In this document: positions 25,501-34,820 of the stretch, in pieces
Position numbering within the stretch: position 1 is the first letter of the stretch
Layout: every line of letters begins with the position of its first letter
Assembly: GCA_964574685.1 (NCBI GenBank)
Contig: CAZNOI010000003.1
Location: 53,408-117,407, forward strand
Reading direction: 5' to 3'
Origin: an uncultured Dehalococcoidia bacterium
GTDB lineage: Bacteria > Chloroflexota > Dehalococcoidia > SZUA-161
Length of the DNA stretch: 64,000 nucleotides
Translations under genes and position numbers: made by a program
Notes under the pieces: model-generated
The model's database searches: none
What the model saw: the letters and a program-made list of their open reading frames with translations, nothing else
What the model was told of the DNA's origin: nothing

Positions 25501-28500
25501 TCCTGCCGGCGACCCCGGGACCCTGACGGCCGAGGTGCATGACCCCGACGGTCTCGGCGACATATCCTGGGTCAAATGGTGGGTGAACGAAAGCCCGACC
25601 GACGGGCTGCATATGTACGACGATGGGATGCACGGAGACGGCGCCGCCGGGGACGGCGTCTATGGGTCAAACGTCTACGGCGCCACGTTGTACGGTTCCG
25701 AGATAGGGATGACCTTCCAGGCGGGCGATTCGACCGGCAAACTTGGGCACAGGTCCTATGTCCTGTCGCTGGCCGACAGTGGACGTGGGGCGGCGGTCGG
25801 CCTTGGAGCCTCCGGCAGGGAGATGGTCGAGGCGGAGGATACGACGGAGGAGGATGCGGCACCGGGTGAGGAAGCGAACGACCAGGTATCATCTACGGGC
25901 TCGAATGTCGGGGACGCCTCGGATGCGCCCGGTTTCCCGGACATCCATTTCGACTATGATCTGCAGGCGGCTACAGGTGACATACAGTGCGTGGGCGTCG
26001 AGTTCGATGGGACGAACTTCTATGTTACGGGCGCCAACTCGGGCAGCCCCAACATGGTCTACGTGCTTGACCGTAAGGGCAACCCGGCAGGCAGCTTCGC
26101 CCAGGACCCCGCGTATTCAGCCTCGACGTGGGGTTGGCGTGATCTTGCCTGGGACGGAAGCTATCTCTACGGCAGCGAGAGCTCCAGCATAGTCCAGTTC
26201 GAGACCGACGGTACGGTTGTCGGCACGATACCCGGCCCCATCAGTCCATGCCGGGGTCTCGCCTACGATCCGGCCGGCGACCACTTCTGGACGGCGGGTT
26301 TCGGCACGAATGTATATGAGATAGACCGGTCAGGAACGGTCGTCAACGCGTTCTCGAACCCCTACAACGTCTACGGGCTGGCCTGGGACGATGTGTCTCC
26401 TGGCGGGCCGTGGCTCTGGGTCTTCGCCCAGGAAGGCTCTCCAGCGGTTACCGCATATCAGTTCGACCCGGTGGCGGGGGCGTACACGGGGCTGAGCTTC
26501 GTGAGCCAGGGCGAAGTCGCGGGCGGCGCCTGCTTCACTACGGAGCTGGAGCCCCCATATGGCATCCTGGCTGTAGTCAGCCAGGGATACCCCGATGCCC
26601 TCCTGGGGCATGAGATATGCCAGCTCGACTGCGATTGGCTGGACGAATGGCCGATGAGCGGCACTGTGCCGCTGAGCCAGACACCGGCGTACGACGAGAT
26701 CGAGGTCGGCATAGACAGTACAGGCCTCGCGCCCGGGGAATACACAGCCGAAGTGCACGTGGCCAACAACGATCCCTCGGGCAATCCGACGATTGTGCCG
26801 GTGAAGCTGACGGTCCTGCCGGAACCCAATATCTGGACGAACCCCGACGTGCTGCAGGTCGAGATGTTGCCGTATTCCGAGTGGTTGGGGACAGTCACGA
26901 TCGGCAACAGCGGTGACGGCACTCTGGACTACAACGTGGTCGATATCGAAACGACCGGCAGTCCATACTTCGAGTGGGTGACGCAGGCCCCCGACCCTCT
27001 TCCGTCTGCTTCAAGCGGGAAGATAGAGGCAATGGTCGGTGACCCGGACGGTCTGGCTGATATCGACTACGTCAAGGTATGGTTCACCGAGCATCCGTCG
27101 ATATGGACTTGGATGCTGGACGACGGCGTGGCTCCCGATGTCACAGCGGGGGACGGCGTCTATACCTGTGTGACGCCCGGAACGAAACCCAGCGAGGATT
27201 TCGGCCTGCTGCTTCAGGCCAGAGACATGGCCGGAAACCTCGGTCACACGTCGCTCGAATTCCATGTGGACTTCGGCGGCGGGCCGATGTCTTCGACCGC
27301 CAACCCCAGGGAGTGGGATGGCGGGGCGTGGAACATCGATATCGGCGAGCGTCCGAGGGCGGGCGACGGAGCAGGCAGTGGCGTAGCGGATGAAGTAGCG
27401 GCCCCGGCAGCTCCTGGGGCGGGCGCGGTGAGCGACGGTGAGGGCACCGACGCACCCGGCTTCTCCGACATCCGCTTCTCATATGACGTCGAAGGAGCTT
27501 CGGGCGATTATCAATGCCTCGGAGTCGAGTTCGATGGGACCAACTTCTACGTGACAGGCGGCAACTCCGGTGGAGGCGCCGGTGATCCGAACCAGGTTCA
27601 TATGTTTGACAGGGCCGGCACCTATGTCGGCTCGTTCCCTCAGGACCCGACGTACTCCACATCGAGCTGGGGCTGGCGTGACCTGGCGTGGGACGGCGCG
27701 TACCTGTACGGCAGTGAGAACTCGGACATCGTCCAGTTCGGGACCAACGGCACGGTGACCGGGACTATAGCCGGACCCATCAACCCCTGCAGGGGTCTCG
27801 CCTATGACCCGGCGACGGACCACTTCTGGACGGCTGGTTTCGGCACGGACATCTACGAGATAGACCGTTCGGGGATTGTGGTCAAGTCCTTCGTCAATAC
27901 CTACAACGTGTATGGGCTTGCGTGGGATGATGTCAGCCCCGGGGGGCCGTGGCTCTGGGTGTTCTCGCAGGATGGCTCTCCTGCCGCCACGGTGCGCCAG
28001 TTCGACCCGGTAACCGGCGTGTACACGGGTGTATCGTTCTCCAGCGTCGGGACCTACGCCGGGGGTGCCTGCTTCGTTACAGATGTCGAGCCGCAATACG
28101 GTATTCTGGTAGCCCTGAACCAGGGATACCCGGATATGCTGGTGGGGCATGAGATATGCCAACTGAACTGCCCATGGCTTGGCGCGGCACCCACGCCGGG
28201 AACCGTAGGGCCGGGCAGTATGGGAACCCTTGACGTGGTTGTGAATTCGTCCGGTCTGGATCGGGGCGAACACACCGCAGAGATGTACATCGAGAGCAAC
28301 GACCCGGATGAGGATCCCACGATAATCCCGGTACAGCTTACAGTGTTGCCCTCGCCTGACATAGACGTTGAGCCAAGATCAATCGACATAGAGCTGCCGC
28401 CCGATACGATTTGGAACGCACCCATAGATGTATCCAACGATGGGGATGACGGATCGACGCTCAAGTACCAGATGGTCGACACCGAGACAACGGGTGGACC

Positions 28501-31500
28501 GTTCATCAAGTGGGCGAAGTCGGTTCCCAATCCGATACCGGAGGGCGACGTCGGGGCCATCATGGCGGAAGTCATCGATCCTGATGGTTTAGCCGATGTC
28601 GACAGTGTCCGGTTCTGGGTCACGAAGAACCCCAGTGACTGGAACTACATGCACGACGATGGGGTGGCACCCGATCAGGTTGCCGGAGACGGCATATACA
28701 GCAGCACTGCCAATGGCGTCTCGATGTACGGTACGGAGTTCGGCGTGACGGTCGAAGCCGTCGACCTGGGCGGCCCCGTATGCCACATCACTCACGTGCA
28801 GAAGGTTGAATTGACTGACGATGGCAGCGGACAGTCGTTCGACAGCTACAGCGGGCGTTCGGCCCTTGATGCCGAAGGGGACATTGAGGTCCTGTACCAG
28901 CAGGAGGTAGCTGTCGCGGAGGGCGATGTCAACGCCGAGGGCGTGACCAGTGTAGTGAGAGCGGCCTATAGCTGGGGGGATGCTGATGGAGCGGGCCGCA
29001 GCATACTGGTGTACACGGATGACATGTTCGTCGAACCCGGACAGACTTACGTAGAGCTGGCGCTTCGCGAACTCGGGCTCGCGTACACATGCTACTACGA
29101 CGACTATGCTGGTTTCGGGGCAGCACTGACCGCTGGCACGTGGGACCTGGTCCTGGTCTCACACAACAACCGCTTCCAGTTCGGCGACTACTGGTCCGAG
29201 ATCGAAGACTACGTCAATGCGGGTGGCAAGGTCGTTATCGAGACTTTCGATATTGACGGTTCTCACAGTGAAGCGACCACGCTCTGGAATACACTGGGAG
29301 TTGCGCACTCCAGCGACATGGGCTCGGCCGAACCGCTGTACCGGTGGCAGCCGGCCCACCCGGTCTTCCAGGGCATTGAGAATCTGTCCGACCTGACGAC
29401 TTATACCGCCGAGTACAACGATAACGGCGACAAGTGTGATGCTGTATCACCGACCATAGCCGTCGGCGGCTTCGCGGCAGGCCCGACATCCGGCCAGGGC
29501 GGCATCTTCAGCGGGTCCATCGTGAACAGCTTTGTCATATCGAACTTCCGCTCTGACGACGATGGCGACGGGAAGCTGGACGCCGTCGAGCTGTGGAAGA
29601 ACGAGATCATGTACACCATGTTCGGTTCGGACTGCGACTGGCTGAGCGAGACCCCCACCGAAGGCTCCCTGGGGTACGGCATGTCGGACGAAGTGATGCT
29701 GAGCATCGACACTTCAGGGCTGGCCCTGGGTGAGTACTCGGCAGAGGTGTACGTGGCCGGCAACGACCTGAATGAAGGCGTGACGTTCGTGCCTGTCAGG
29801 CTCACTGTTGCGCCGCCGGTCGAAACAGGCAGTGTCCTCTTCGACGAGACACACTCGCCTGTGAATTCGAGTGAGGCGGCGATGAAGCACTGGGCCGAAC
29901 TGCTGAGAGCCTGGGGCTTCGTAGTGGACAGGGCAACGACAGTGCCTACTACATACGGTGAGCTGCTGGAAGGATACTGCGCGGTCATCATACCAGGCCC
30001 CACGGCCGACTACACGGAAGCTGAGATAGCAGCCCTGCAGGACTACGTTGACCACGGCGGCGGCCTGCTGATAACCGGCGAGTGGGGCGACTACGCTCAG
30101 ATGAGCGGGTTGTTCCCGGTGGTCAACGAGCTTGCGGCATCGTTCGACATGTGGTTCAACGATGACGCTGTGTGCGACTACACATACAACGACGGGAACG
30201 CGATGTGGCCGCTCATTCCCGACTTCGAAGCTTCTGTCGCCGGTGCGAACGTCGACGAGGCTGTCATGTACTTCGGGTGCTCGGTTGGCGGAAACGGGAC
30301 GGCCTTCCCGATCGCGTGGACTTACAGCTCGGCCTATGCCGCGACCGCAGACGCTGATGGGGAGATCGGTTCGGCGGGCACCGGGTACGCCCGAGGAGAG
30401 GCAGAAGACAGGAATGACTCTCCACCCACGAAGGAGGAGGCGCCGACTGAGGTACAGGACGGTATAGATGTATCGACCGGCGAGCCGGCCAGGTTCGGCT
30501 CCGAGTTCGTAGAGCTGAAACCTCTGGTGGAGGTCGATGGCGGGTATGACGTCCTGTGGGATCTGACGCACGGCGTCTACCTAGGCTACGAGCCTGGTGT
30601 TGATTACTCGAGCCTTGTCGCTCTGCTGGGCAGCGCCGGCTACAGTGTGGACACCACAACGGCCGGCGTGGAGAACGTCAATCTGAATGACTATGCTGTG
30701 CTCGTAGTATGCCTTGGGTCGTCATGGGACACGGCGTACACAGCGGGAGAGGTCGCAGCGATCGAAGCATTCGTCGAGAACGGCGGCGGCCTGCTGGTTC
30801 TGGGGGATAATGAGGGTTGCCCCAACTCGAACATCAATCCTGTACCGCAGGCCTTTGGCACAACATGCGGTCTGTCGACGCTATCCCCGACCGACGTTTA
30901 CGTATCGGATATGGACGAACACCCGATCTTTGAGGGCGTCTCCGAGTTCTATCTCAGAGCGGCCGGGGAGGTTGACGGCATATCACCGTCTCAGGAGATG
31001 GCATGGACGCCGATGGATGCGGGAGAACCCGTCGCGACAGTTGCCACCCAGGGTAACGGCAGGATCGTTGCGCTGGGCGACTTCAATCTGTGGCAGGACG
31101 AGCACCTGGCCAAGTCTCAGAACCAGTTGTTCGCGGAGAACACGTTCAACTGGCTGGCCGAGCCCTCACAGCCCGGCCCCCCGGTCATGGCCGCTTCGGT
31201 GTTCGGAGCAGGTCGTGCCATGATTATCGGCGACGGTAACCTGTTCGACTACCTCGACTACGACGAAGACAGCCCGTCGGCCTTGTACGAGTACGATAAC
31301 CAGAAGCTCGCACTCAACATCATCGACTGGCTGTGTCAGCCTAGACCCGATCTGGTGATCGAGGAGAAGTGGGAAGAGCCAACCGGGCGGATCAAGCATC
31401 TGCATTCGTTCGATGACCCGCCTTTGTATCCCGGCAGGCCGATAGAGGAGCCCCTCGGAACCGGCTGGCACGAACTCTACCCCGAATACTGCAATAGATA

Positions 31501-32761
31501 CGCGATAGACGGGTGGATAGAGCCCAGCCCGGATGGTGTTCTCAGCCCGGGAGACATCGTGTCTCTGGGCGGTGTGGACCACCATGTGGGAGACCTGACC
31601 GCCACCATGTTCGTCACGCCTGAGGGTGGCGATCAGATTGCACTCGAGTACATCGAGGGATACGAGTACGTGGCCGGTGCGATGAGCGACCCGGAGGGAA
31701 CGTACTGGTACAGTATTCACCCTCATGCATTTGATGACTACCTGATCGCCAGGTGGAAGGACGCATCGCCGGCAGGCCTCAGCGCGGGTGACCTTATTCT
31801 ACTCACCGATGTGGAGACCGGAGCGGAACTTACGTGCGACGTTGATGAGGTGGCCTGGGACCTCGTGGTCAGCCCCGTCCTCGACGAGATGCCGGGCACA
31901 TACCGGGTCTGCTACCAGGTAGCGAACATAGGTAACGCTGCTGTACCGGCCGGTCACTCGGTGACACTCTATGTGGATGAGGCGCCGGTGGAGCACATGG
32001 TGGTGCCGGTTGACCTCGGGCCGGGGGGCCGATACACCGACTGCTTCAGGACGATTGTCGAGTGCACCCCCAGCGAGGACCTGGTCGTCGTCTGCGCCGA
32101 CAACTACGAGCAGGTGGTTGAGGCGGACGAGGTCAACAACTGCACGGAGAACATCTACGAATGCCCCTGCGAGCCCGCCATCGATGTGCAGAAGACTGTC
32201 TGGGATGACTGCGGCGAGAAATGGGTGAAGATTGCCTGCGTCCCGATCGAATCAGCGGCAACGTTCCGGATTACCATCGAGAACACCGGCGACTGCTGTG
32301 ACCTGCTGTACATGGAGGTAACCGACTGGCTGCCGACCCGGACGTCGTACGTGCCCGGCAGCGCGACCGTGAACGGCATCCCGTGGGAGCCTTCGGGAAT
32401 GAGTCCGCTGGGATGGAGCCTCGAGTTGGCGCCGGTACCTCCCGGAGGGAACGTAACCCTGGTGTTCGACGCCACGGTCGACGAGTGGAGCGCCGATATT
32501 TTCGGCAACCTGGTTGAAGTGGAGGCCTGGTGCGAGGGCACCGGCATTTCCGCCTCAGGCAGTGACGAGGCGGCGCTGCAGCCGTTTATACCCGGCGATG
32601 CGAACATGAACGGCGCTGTGAACATGCAGGACGTGACTTACACGGAGTTGATAATTCTCGGCTACCTTGACCCGACCTGCGGTGCGGATGCGAATCTGGA
32701 CTGCACTATCAACATGGGAGACGTGACCACCATCGAGTTGATGATCCTGGGCTATCTGTGA
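22511..32761 (+). CDS. giant secreted multidomain surface protein: gingipain-like C25 peptidase domain, repeated modules, CARDB, DUF11, C-terminal dockerin
   Basis: Signal peptide. C25-like motifs YVLLVGDTAYLPW, ADVGLGRLSV, NYRGHGG, VFSISCTNAW. Triplicated beta-sandwich-like module and duplicated about 300-aa module. ThuA/GATase1-like stretches (VIIPGP...GGGLLITGEWGD). CARDB (YRVCYQVANIGNAAVPAGHSVTLYVDE). DUF11. Two dockerin repeats DANMNGAVNMQD / DANLDCTINMGD. Confidence 0.85.
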   Translation: MTRKSRRTTKGSRIVLACVLTFALLVVGLPAASAAVPGGPSEGDADPAVDSGGAEVLVLDSDGSWTVLDVKVRAVDEEETPAGGQVFQRLSIAGRETTLEVGKPQLPAIRELVAIPDGATVTASVVDSSFTTTRDYHVFPVQEPEVDGQPTPGFTIDSEFYSIDAFYPRDLLEVDEPGIWRDITVAGVQINPVQFNPATGELRVYDRVRIRLDYAGGSVAPKKVAPAFARMYQSAILNYDSLDVNVDYGSYEDQVGTHDAAAALPEVEGLGLDGTPYDSSVKLLSLRHESCSDFSTLLPLLEWHKSEGLPYISAVYHSTPTASSLKSTIASYYDDYPELEYVLLVGDTAYLPWQQSWGPNDTPGDHWYACITGGATPDLYADVGLGRLSVTSDAQLQQQVDKILDYAKSPPAGSWVNRAILMAHKEAAPGKYQGCCEDIRTATYSDSFTFWTDYGAAAAQGGDDATNADVTADLNSGVGILNYRGHGGDGDPYGPPYGEFWGTNWNTSFEEYTVTDAHGLTNGDNAPVVFSISCTNAWLDAANEVLGEAFVRDSDSAVAFLGASRPSYTTPNHEFDKNLFDAIGNEHITRLGWILNDANAELVAAYGSGSYYMDNVRMYLWLGDPALDLWTSSPQSLVVDHPAQVTTSMTVAVQDVMTNPVPNALVCLHKYGDIYAYAYTNTMGEASFSFNPSTDGMMDVVVTKHNYYPYEGQTEVVPLENAITNIAFTPSPPASLCNGEHVDISFDYSTDEEDGVRIQMTPFTEGSPTPGYGWSGSTVYPKGEGSGSTWFTILSGDTAVDQVRFQMKTADWNTVLIEFFVPVAYTFGHSVHDTTMDPISPADLIFGEHVDIGFDYYTCETDGVVIFVKPYTGGPPTPNYLASGSDVYPKGSGTGSGWFTVTSGVTTVDQVHVEMMTADQTTTLLDFLVDVSYQYAGHPDIWVEPTGIEVELYPDSYSSSILEIGNTGEGALEYNIADVETTGGPFIEWVAVTPDPLPAGDPGTLTAEVHDPDGLGDISWVKWWVNESPTDGLHMYDDGMHGDGAAGDGVYGSNVYGATLYGSEIGMTFQAGDSTGKLGHRSYVLSLADSGRGAAVGLGASGREMVEAEDTTEEDAAPGEEANDQVSSTGSNVGDASDAPGFPDIHFDYDLQAATGDIQCVGVEFDGTNFYVTGANSGSPNMVYVLDRKGNPAGSFAQDPAYSASTWGWRDLAWDGSYLYGSESSSIVQFETDGTVVGTIPGPISPCRGLAYDPAGDHFWTAGFGTNVYEIDRSGTVVNAFSNPYNVYGLAWDDVSPGGPWLWVFAQEGSPAVTAYQFDPVAGAYTGLSFVSQGEVAGGACFTTELEPPYGILAVVSQGYPDALLGHEICQLDCDWLDEWPMSGTVPLSQTPAYDEIEVGIDSTGLAPGEYTAEVHVANNDPSGNPTIVPVKLTVLPEPNIWTNPDVLQVEMLPYSEWLGTVTIGNSGDGTLDYNVVDIETTGSPYFEWVTQAPDPLPSASSGKIEAMVGDPDGLADIDYVKVWFTEHPSIWTWMLDDGVAPDVTAGDGVYTCVTPGTKPSEDFGLLLQARDMAGNLGHTSLEFHVDFGGGPMSSTANPREWDGGAWNIDIGERPRAGDGAGSGVADEVAAPAAPGAGAVSDGEGTDAPGFSDIRFSYDVEGASGDYQCLGVEFDGTNFYVTGGNSGGGAGDPNQVHMFDRAGTYVGSFPQDPTYSTSSWGWRDLAWDGAYLYGSENSDIVQFGTNGTVTGTIAGPINPCRGLAYDPATDHFWTAGFGTDIYEIDRSGIVVKSFVNTYNVYGLAWDDVSPGGPWLWVFSQDGSPAATVRQFDPVTGVYTGVSFSSVGTYAGGACFVTDVEPQYGILVALNQGYPDMLVGHEICQLNCPWLGAAPTPGTVGPGSMGTLDVVVNSSGLDRGEHTAEMYIESNDPDEDPTIIPVQLTVLPSPDIDVEPRSIDIELPPDTIWNAPIDVSNDGDDGSTLKYQMVDTETTGGPFIKWAKSVPNPIPEGDVGAIMAEVIDPDGLADVDSVRFWVTKNPSDWNYMHDDGVAPDQVAGDGIYSSTANGVSMYGTEFGVTVEAVDLGGPVCHITHVQKVELTDDGSGQSFDSYSGRSALDAEGDIEVLYQQEVAVAEGDVNAEGVTSVVRAAYSWGDADGAGRSILVYTDDMFVEPGQTYVELALRELGLAYTCYYDDYAGFGAALTAGTWDLVLVSHNNRFQFGDYWSEIEDYVNAGGKVVIETFDIDGSHSEATTLWNTLGVAHSSDMGSAEPLYRWQPAHPVFQGIENLSDLTTYTAEYNDNGDKCDAVSPTIAVGGFAAGPTSGQGGIFSGSIVNSFVISNFRSDDDGDGKLDAVELWKNEIMYTMFGSDCDWLSETPTEGSLGYGMSDEVMLSIDTSGLALGEYSAEVYVAGNDLNEGVTFVPVRLTVAPPVETGSVLFDETHSPVNSSEAAMKHWAELLRAWGFVVDRATTVPTTYGELLEGYCAVIIPGPTADYTEAEIAALQDYVDHGGGLLITGEWGDYAQMSGLFPVVNELAASFDMWFNDDAVCDYTYNDGNAMWPLIPDFEASVAGANVDEAVMYFGCSVGGNGTAFPIAWTYSSAYAATADADGEIGSAGTGYARGEAEDRNDSPPTKEEAPTEVQDGIDVSTGEPARFGSEFVELKPLVEVDGGYDVLWDLTHGVYLGYEPGVDYSSLVALLGSAGYSVDTTTAGVENVNLNDYAVLVVCLGSSWDTAYTAGEVAAIEAFVENGGGLLVLGDNEGCPNSNINPVPQAFGTTCGLSTLSPTDVYVSDMDEHPIFEGVSEFYLRAAGEVDGISPSQEMAWTPMDAGEPVATVATQGNGRIVALGDFNLWQDEHLAKSQNQLFAENTFNWLAEPSQPGPPVMAASVFGAGRAMIIGDGNLFDYLDYDEDSPSALYEYDNQKLALNIIDWLCQPRPDLVIEEKWEEPTGRIKHLHSFDDPPLYPGRPIEEPLGTGWHELYPEYCNRYAIDGWIEPSPDGVLSPGDIVSLGGVDHHVGDLTATMFVTPEGGDQIALEYIEGYEYVAGAMSDPEGTYWYSIHPHAFDDYLIARWKDASPAGLSAGDLILLTDVETGAELTCDVDEVAWDLVVSPVLDEMPGTYRVCYQVANIGNAAVPAGHSVTLYVDEAPVEHMVVPVDLGPGGRYTDCFRTIVECTPSEDLVVVCADNYEQVVEADEVNNCTENIYECPCEPAIDVQKTVWDDCGEKWVKIACVPIESAATFRITIENTGDCCDLLYMEVTDWLPTRTSYVPGSATVNGIPWEPSGMSPLGWSLELAPVPPGGNVTLVFDATVDEWSADIFGNLVEVEAWCEGTGISASGSDEAALQPFIPGDANMNGAVNMQDVTYTELIILGYLDPTCGADANLDCTINMGDVTTIELMILGYL

Positions 32762-32797
32762 TCGGTAAGATAAGTTAAGTTAGAGAAAGCGTTGTTG

Positions 32798-32826
32798 TTG
32801 TCAAGTTAGTTAGGTTATGGTAAACT
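32798..32826 (+). promoter_or_regulatory. sigma70-like promoter (TTGTCA-17-TAAACT) for the cohesin/PEP-CTERM gene
   Basis: ttgtca at 32798-32803, taaact at 32821-32826, RBS GAGGAGG at 32834-32840, ATG at 32849. Confidence 0.3.
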
Positions 32827-32848
32827 GCAGCGCGAGGAGGTAGCAGCC

Positions 32849-33871
32849 ATGGGTAAGTTCCGACTACTGGCGGTGCTGGGGATAGTAGTGGCGCTTGTGG
32901 CGGCTGTTGTGCCCGGGCACGCACTGGCGGATGGGGCTGTCAGCGTCGTTGCCCCCGGGGAGGTTCCGGAAGGGGGTACTTTCACGGCTTATATCACTGT
33001 CGACTGGGTGGAGGACCTCGATTCCGGTCAGTTCGAGCTTGGATACGACCCGAACGTCATTGAAGTGACGCATATTGTCTCGGGTATCAGACACGGCACG
33101 CTGCTGCCTTCGGGGAACACAACAGTCACGGCGAGTCAGCCCGACACGGGCATACTGCGGGTGGTGGTGAACACAGCAAGTCATCCGGCTACAGGAGGTG
33201 TAACCGGGACCGGCTGCCTTGTCGAGATCGACTTCGATGTGCTGGGCGAGTACTGCGATACCAGCGTGCTGGATCTCGCCCCTCCTACGGGTTTCCAGAA
33301 CGGGATGTGGGATTACCTGGCCTTCGAGATTCCCACGACTTGGTCAGACAGCGCCGTGCACGTCTGCCAGCCGCGGACCCTGGTATCGGGGGTAATCGAT
33401 AGCGGTTTTGCTCCCACCGACGACTTCAACCCGGGCGAAACTGTGGCTGTCTATGGCTACGGGTTCCTGCCGGGTGAGCCGTATGAGCTGTATGTTCAGC
33501 CGTACACAATGGGCGTGAACGTTGCCGAGGGAGATGCACTGGTCGCCGGTGCCGATCCCAGTGCAGTGTCTCCGCAGCCGATCGTGTCGAACATGTACGG
33601 TGAAATAGGCCCGGTGCCTGTGTGGATCATACCGGCAACCGGTCAGGAGGGAACCTACTGGGAGATAGTAGCCGACGATGCGGGGGCCTCATGTGTCGGA
33701 GACGGACTGTACAATGCCGCTGAGGATGGACTCGACGCCATGGCCCTCGACGAGGAGGGCTTCTATGTGGTGCCCGAGGCCACGACGCTTATCCTGCTGT
33801 CACTTGGCCTGGTCAGCGTGGGAGGGTACTACTTCATACGCAGGCGCAGAGTCTCGTCAATCGAGGCTTAG
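32849..33871 (+). CDS. cohesin-domain protein with PEP-CTERM-type C-terminal sorting signal
   Basis: Signal peptide. Cohesin-like GGTFTAYITVDW...SGQFELGYDPNVIEVTHIVSG...GILRVVV...CLVEIDFDV. C-terminus VVPEATTLILLSLGLVSVGGYYFIRRRRV (PEP-like motif, TM helix, Arg cluster). Confidence 0.55.
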   Translation: MGKFRLLAVLGIVVALVAAVVPGHALADGAVSVVAPGEVPEGGTFTAYITVDWVEDLDSGQFELGYDPNVIEVTHIVSGIRHGTLLPSGNTTVTASQPDTGILRVVVNTASHPATGGVTGTGCLVEIDFDVLGEYCDTSVLDLAPPTGFQNGMWDYLAFEIPTTWSDSAVHVCQPRTLVSGVIDSGFAPTDDFNPGETVAVYGYGFLPGEPYELYVQPYTMGVNVAEGDALVAGADPSAVSPQPIVSNMYGEIGPVPVWIIPATGQEGTYWEIVADDAGASCVGDGLYNAAEDGLDAMALDEEGFYVVPEATTLILLSLGLVSVGGYYFIRRRRVSSIEA

Positions 33872-33898
33872 AGACCAGATATCAGCTTGACGATCCAG

Positions 33899-33935
33899 GG
33901 AGACGGCGAGAGGCCTCGCCGTCTCTTTCTCTTTT
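33899..33935 (+). terminator. rho-independent terminator
   Basis: GAGACGGCGAGaggCCTCGCCGTCTC followed by TTTCTCTTTT, 28 bp after the cohesin gene stop. Confidence 0.7.
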
Positions 33936-33995
33936 CCCGGCCGTTCTTTGACCTCGAATTGGGTGGCCGGTATCATGGTAGCTGACCGGTGAGTC

Positions 33996-34811
33996 ATGGA
34001 GTTCATCCGTAGATACGCTCTTGTCATCGGCGGTCTGCTTCTGGTCGTAGTCGTCGTGGTGCTGGCAACGGTGCCGGCCGATGTGCTCGCTCTTCAGACC
34101 ACCTTCATCAGCAGCGAGTTGCACCACACCGGCGATGACCAGGTGCGCGTCCGAACCAAGCTCGACCTGGGGGATGCCGAGCACATGAGCAGCATTCCGA
34201 AGAAGCTGGCGAGCTGGGAAGGCCTTGACTTCGGATCATCTGAGGTTGTCGAACAACTGGGGGCTGAAGTCGTCCTGCTTCGCACGTATCTCTATTCCGA
34301 GAGGTACCTTCCCGTTCATTTCATAGTCGTCCAGAGCAACGACCCGACCTCATTCCACCCCCCTCCGCTGTGCTACCGTTCGTGCGGCTGGGACATCCTG
34401 GAGGAGGGAAGAGAGGAGATAACTGTCGCAGATGCGAGCTGGACAACGGGGACGGAGCCGATCTCCCTTGGCGCGAGGAAGCTGGTAGTGTCGCAGGCGC
34501 GTTCGGAAGGGGACGCCGAACGGCAGGTCGTGCTGTACGTCTACGTGAAGGGGCGGCTCTTCGAAGATAGCGTCACAATGGTGGAGACAGCCGCCGAGGT
34601 GCCTTCATCGGGCTCAACGGATGATACGCTTGAAGCGACAGCGACCTTTCTGGGTGACATACTGCCATACATGTTCGAGGCCGAGGAGGACCAGGGCGGC
34701 GAGATACTCGCTTCGCGCCTCGCCGGATCATGGGGTGGTATAGCGCTAATGACCGTGCTGGTCCTGGGCCCAGTTGCGCTCATGGTCTATCCCCGCCTCA
34801 GGCGTTCCTGA
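33996..34811 (+). CDS. exosortase-associated EpsI-like membrane protein (paralog 1)
   Basis: N-terminal TM; central region ...DDQVRVRTKLDLGDAEH...W.G.D......LGA.VVLLRTY...; C-terminal TM. Paralogous to the next gene and adjacent to the exosortase. Confidence 0.4.
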   Translation: MEFIRRYALVIGGLLLVVVVVVLATVPADVLALQTTFISSELHHTGDDQVRVRTKLDLGDAEHMSSIPKKLASWEGLDFGSSEVVEQLGAEVVLLRTYLYSERYLPVHFIVVQSNDPTSFHPPPLCYRSCGWDILEEGREEITVADASWTTGTEPISLGARKLVVSQARSEGDAERQVVLYVYVKGRLFEDSVTMVETAAEVPSSGSTDDTLEATATFLGDILPYMFEAEEDQGGEILASRLAGSWGGIALMTVLVLGPVALMVYPRLRRS

Positions 34812-34820
34812 CGACTGCAG

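Noticed and set aside
23258-32625. Numerous antisense or off-frame ORFs (60-285 aa) listed inside 22511-32761
   Set aside because: All lie within the single long, domain-rich plus-strand ORF and are Arg/Pro/Gly-rich. None has motifs.
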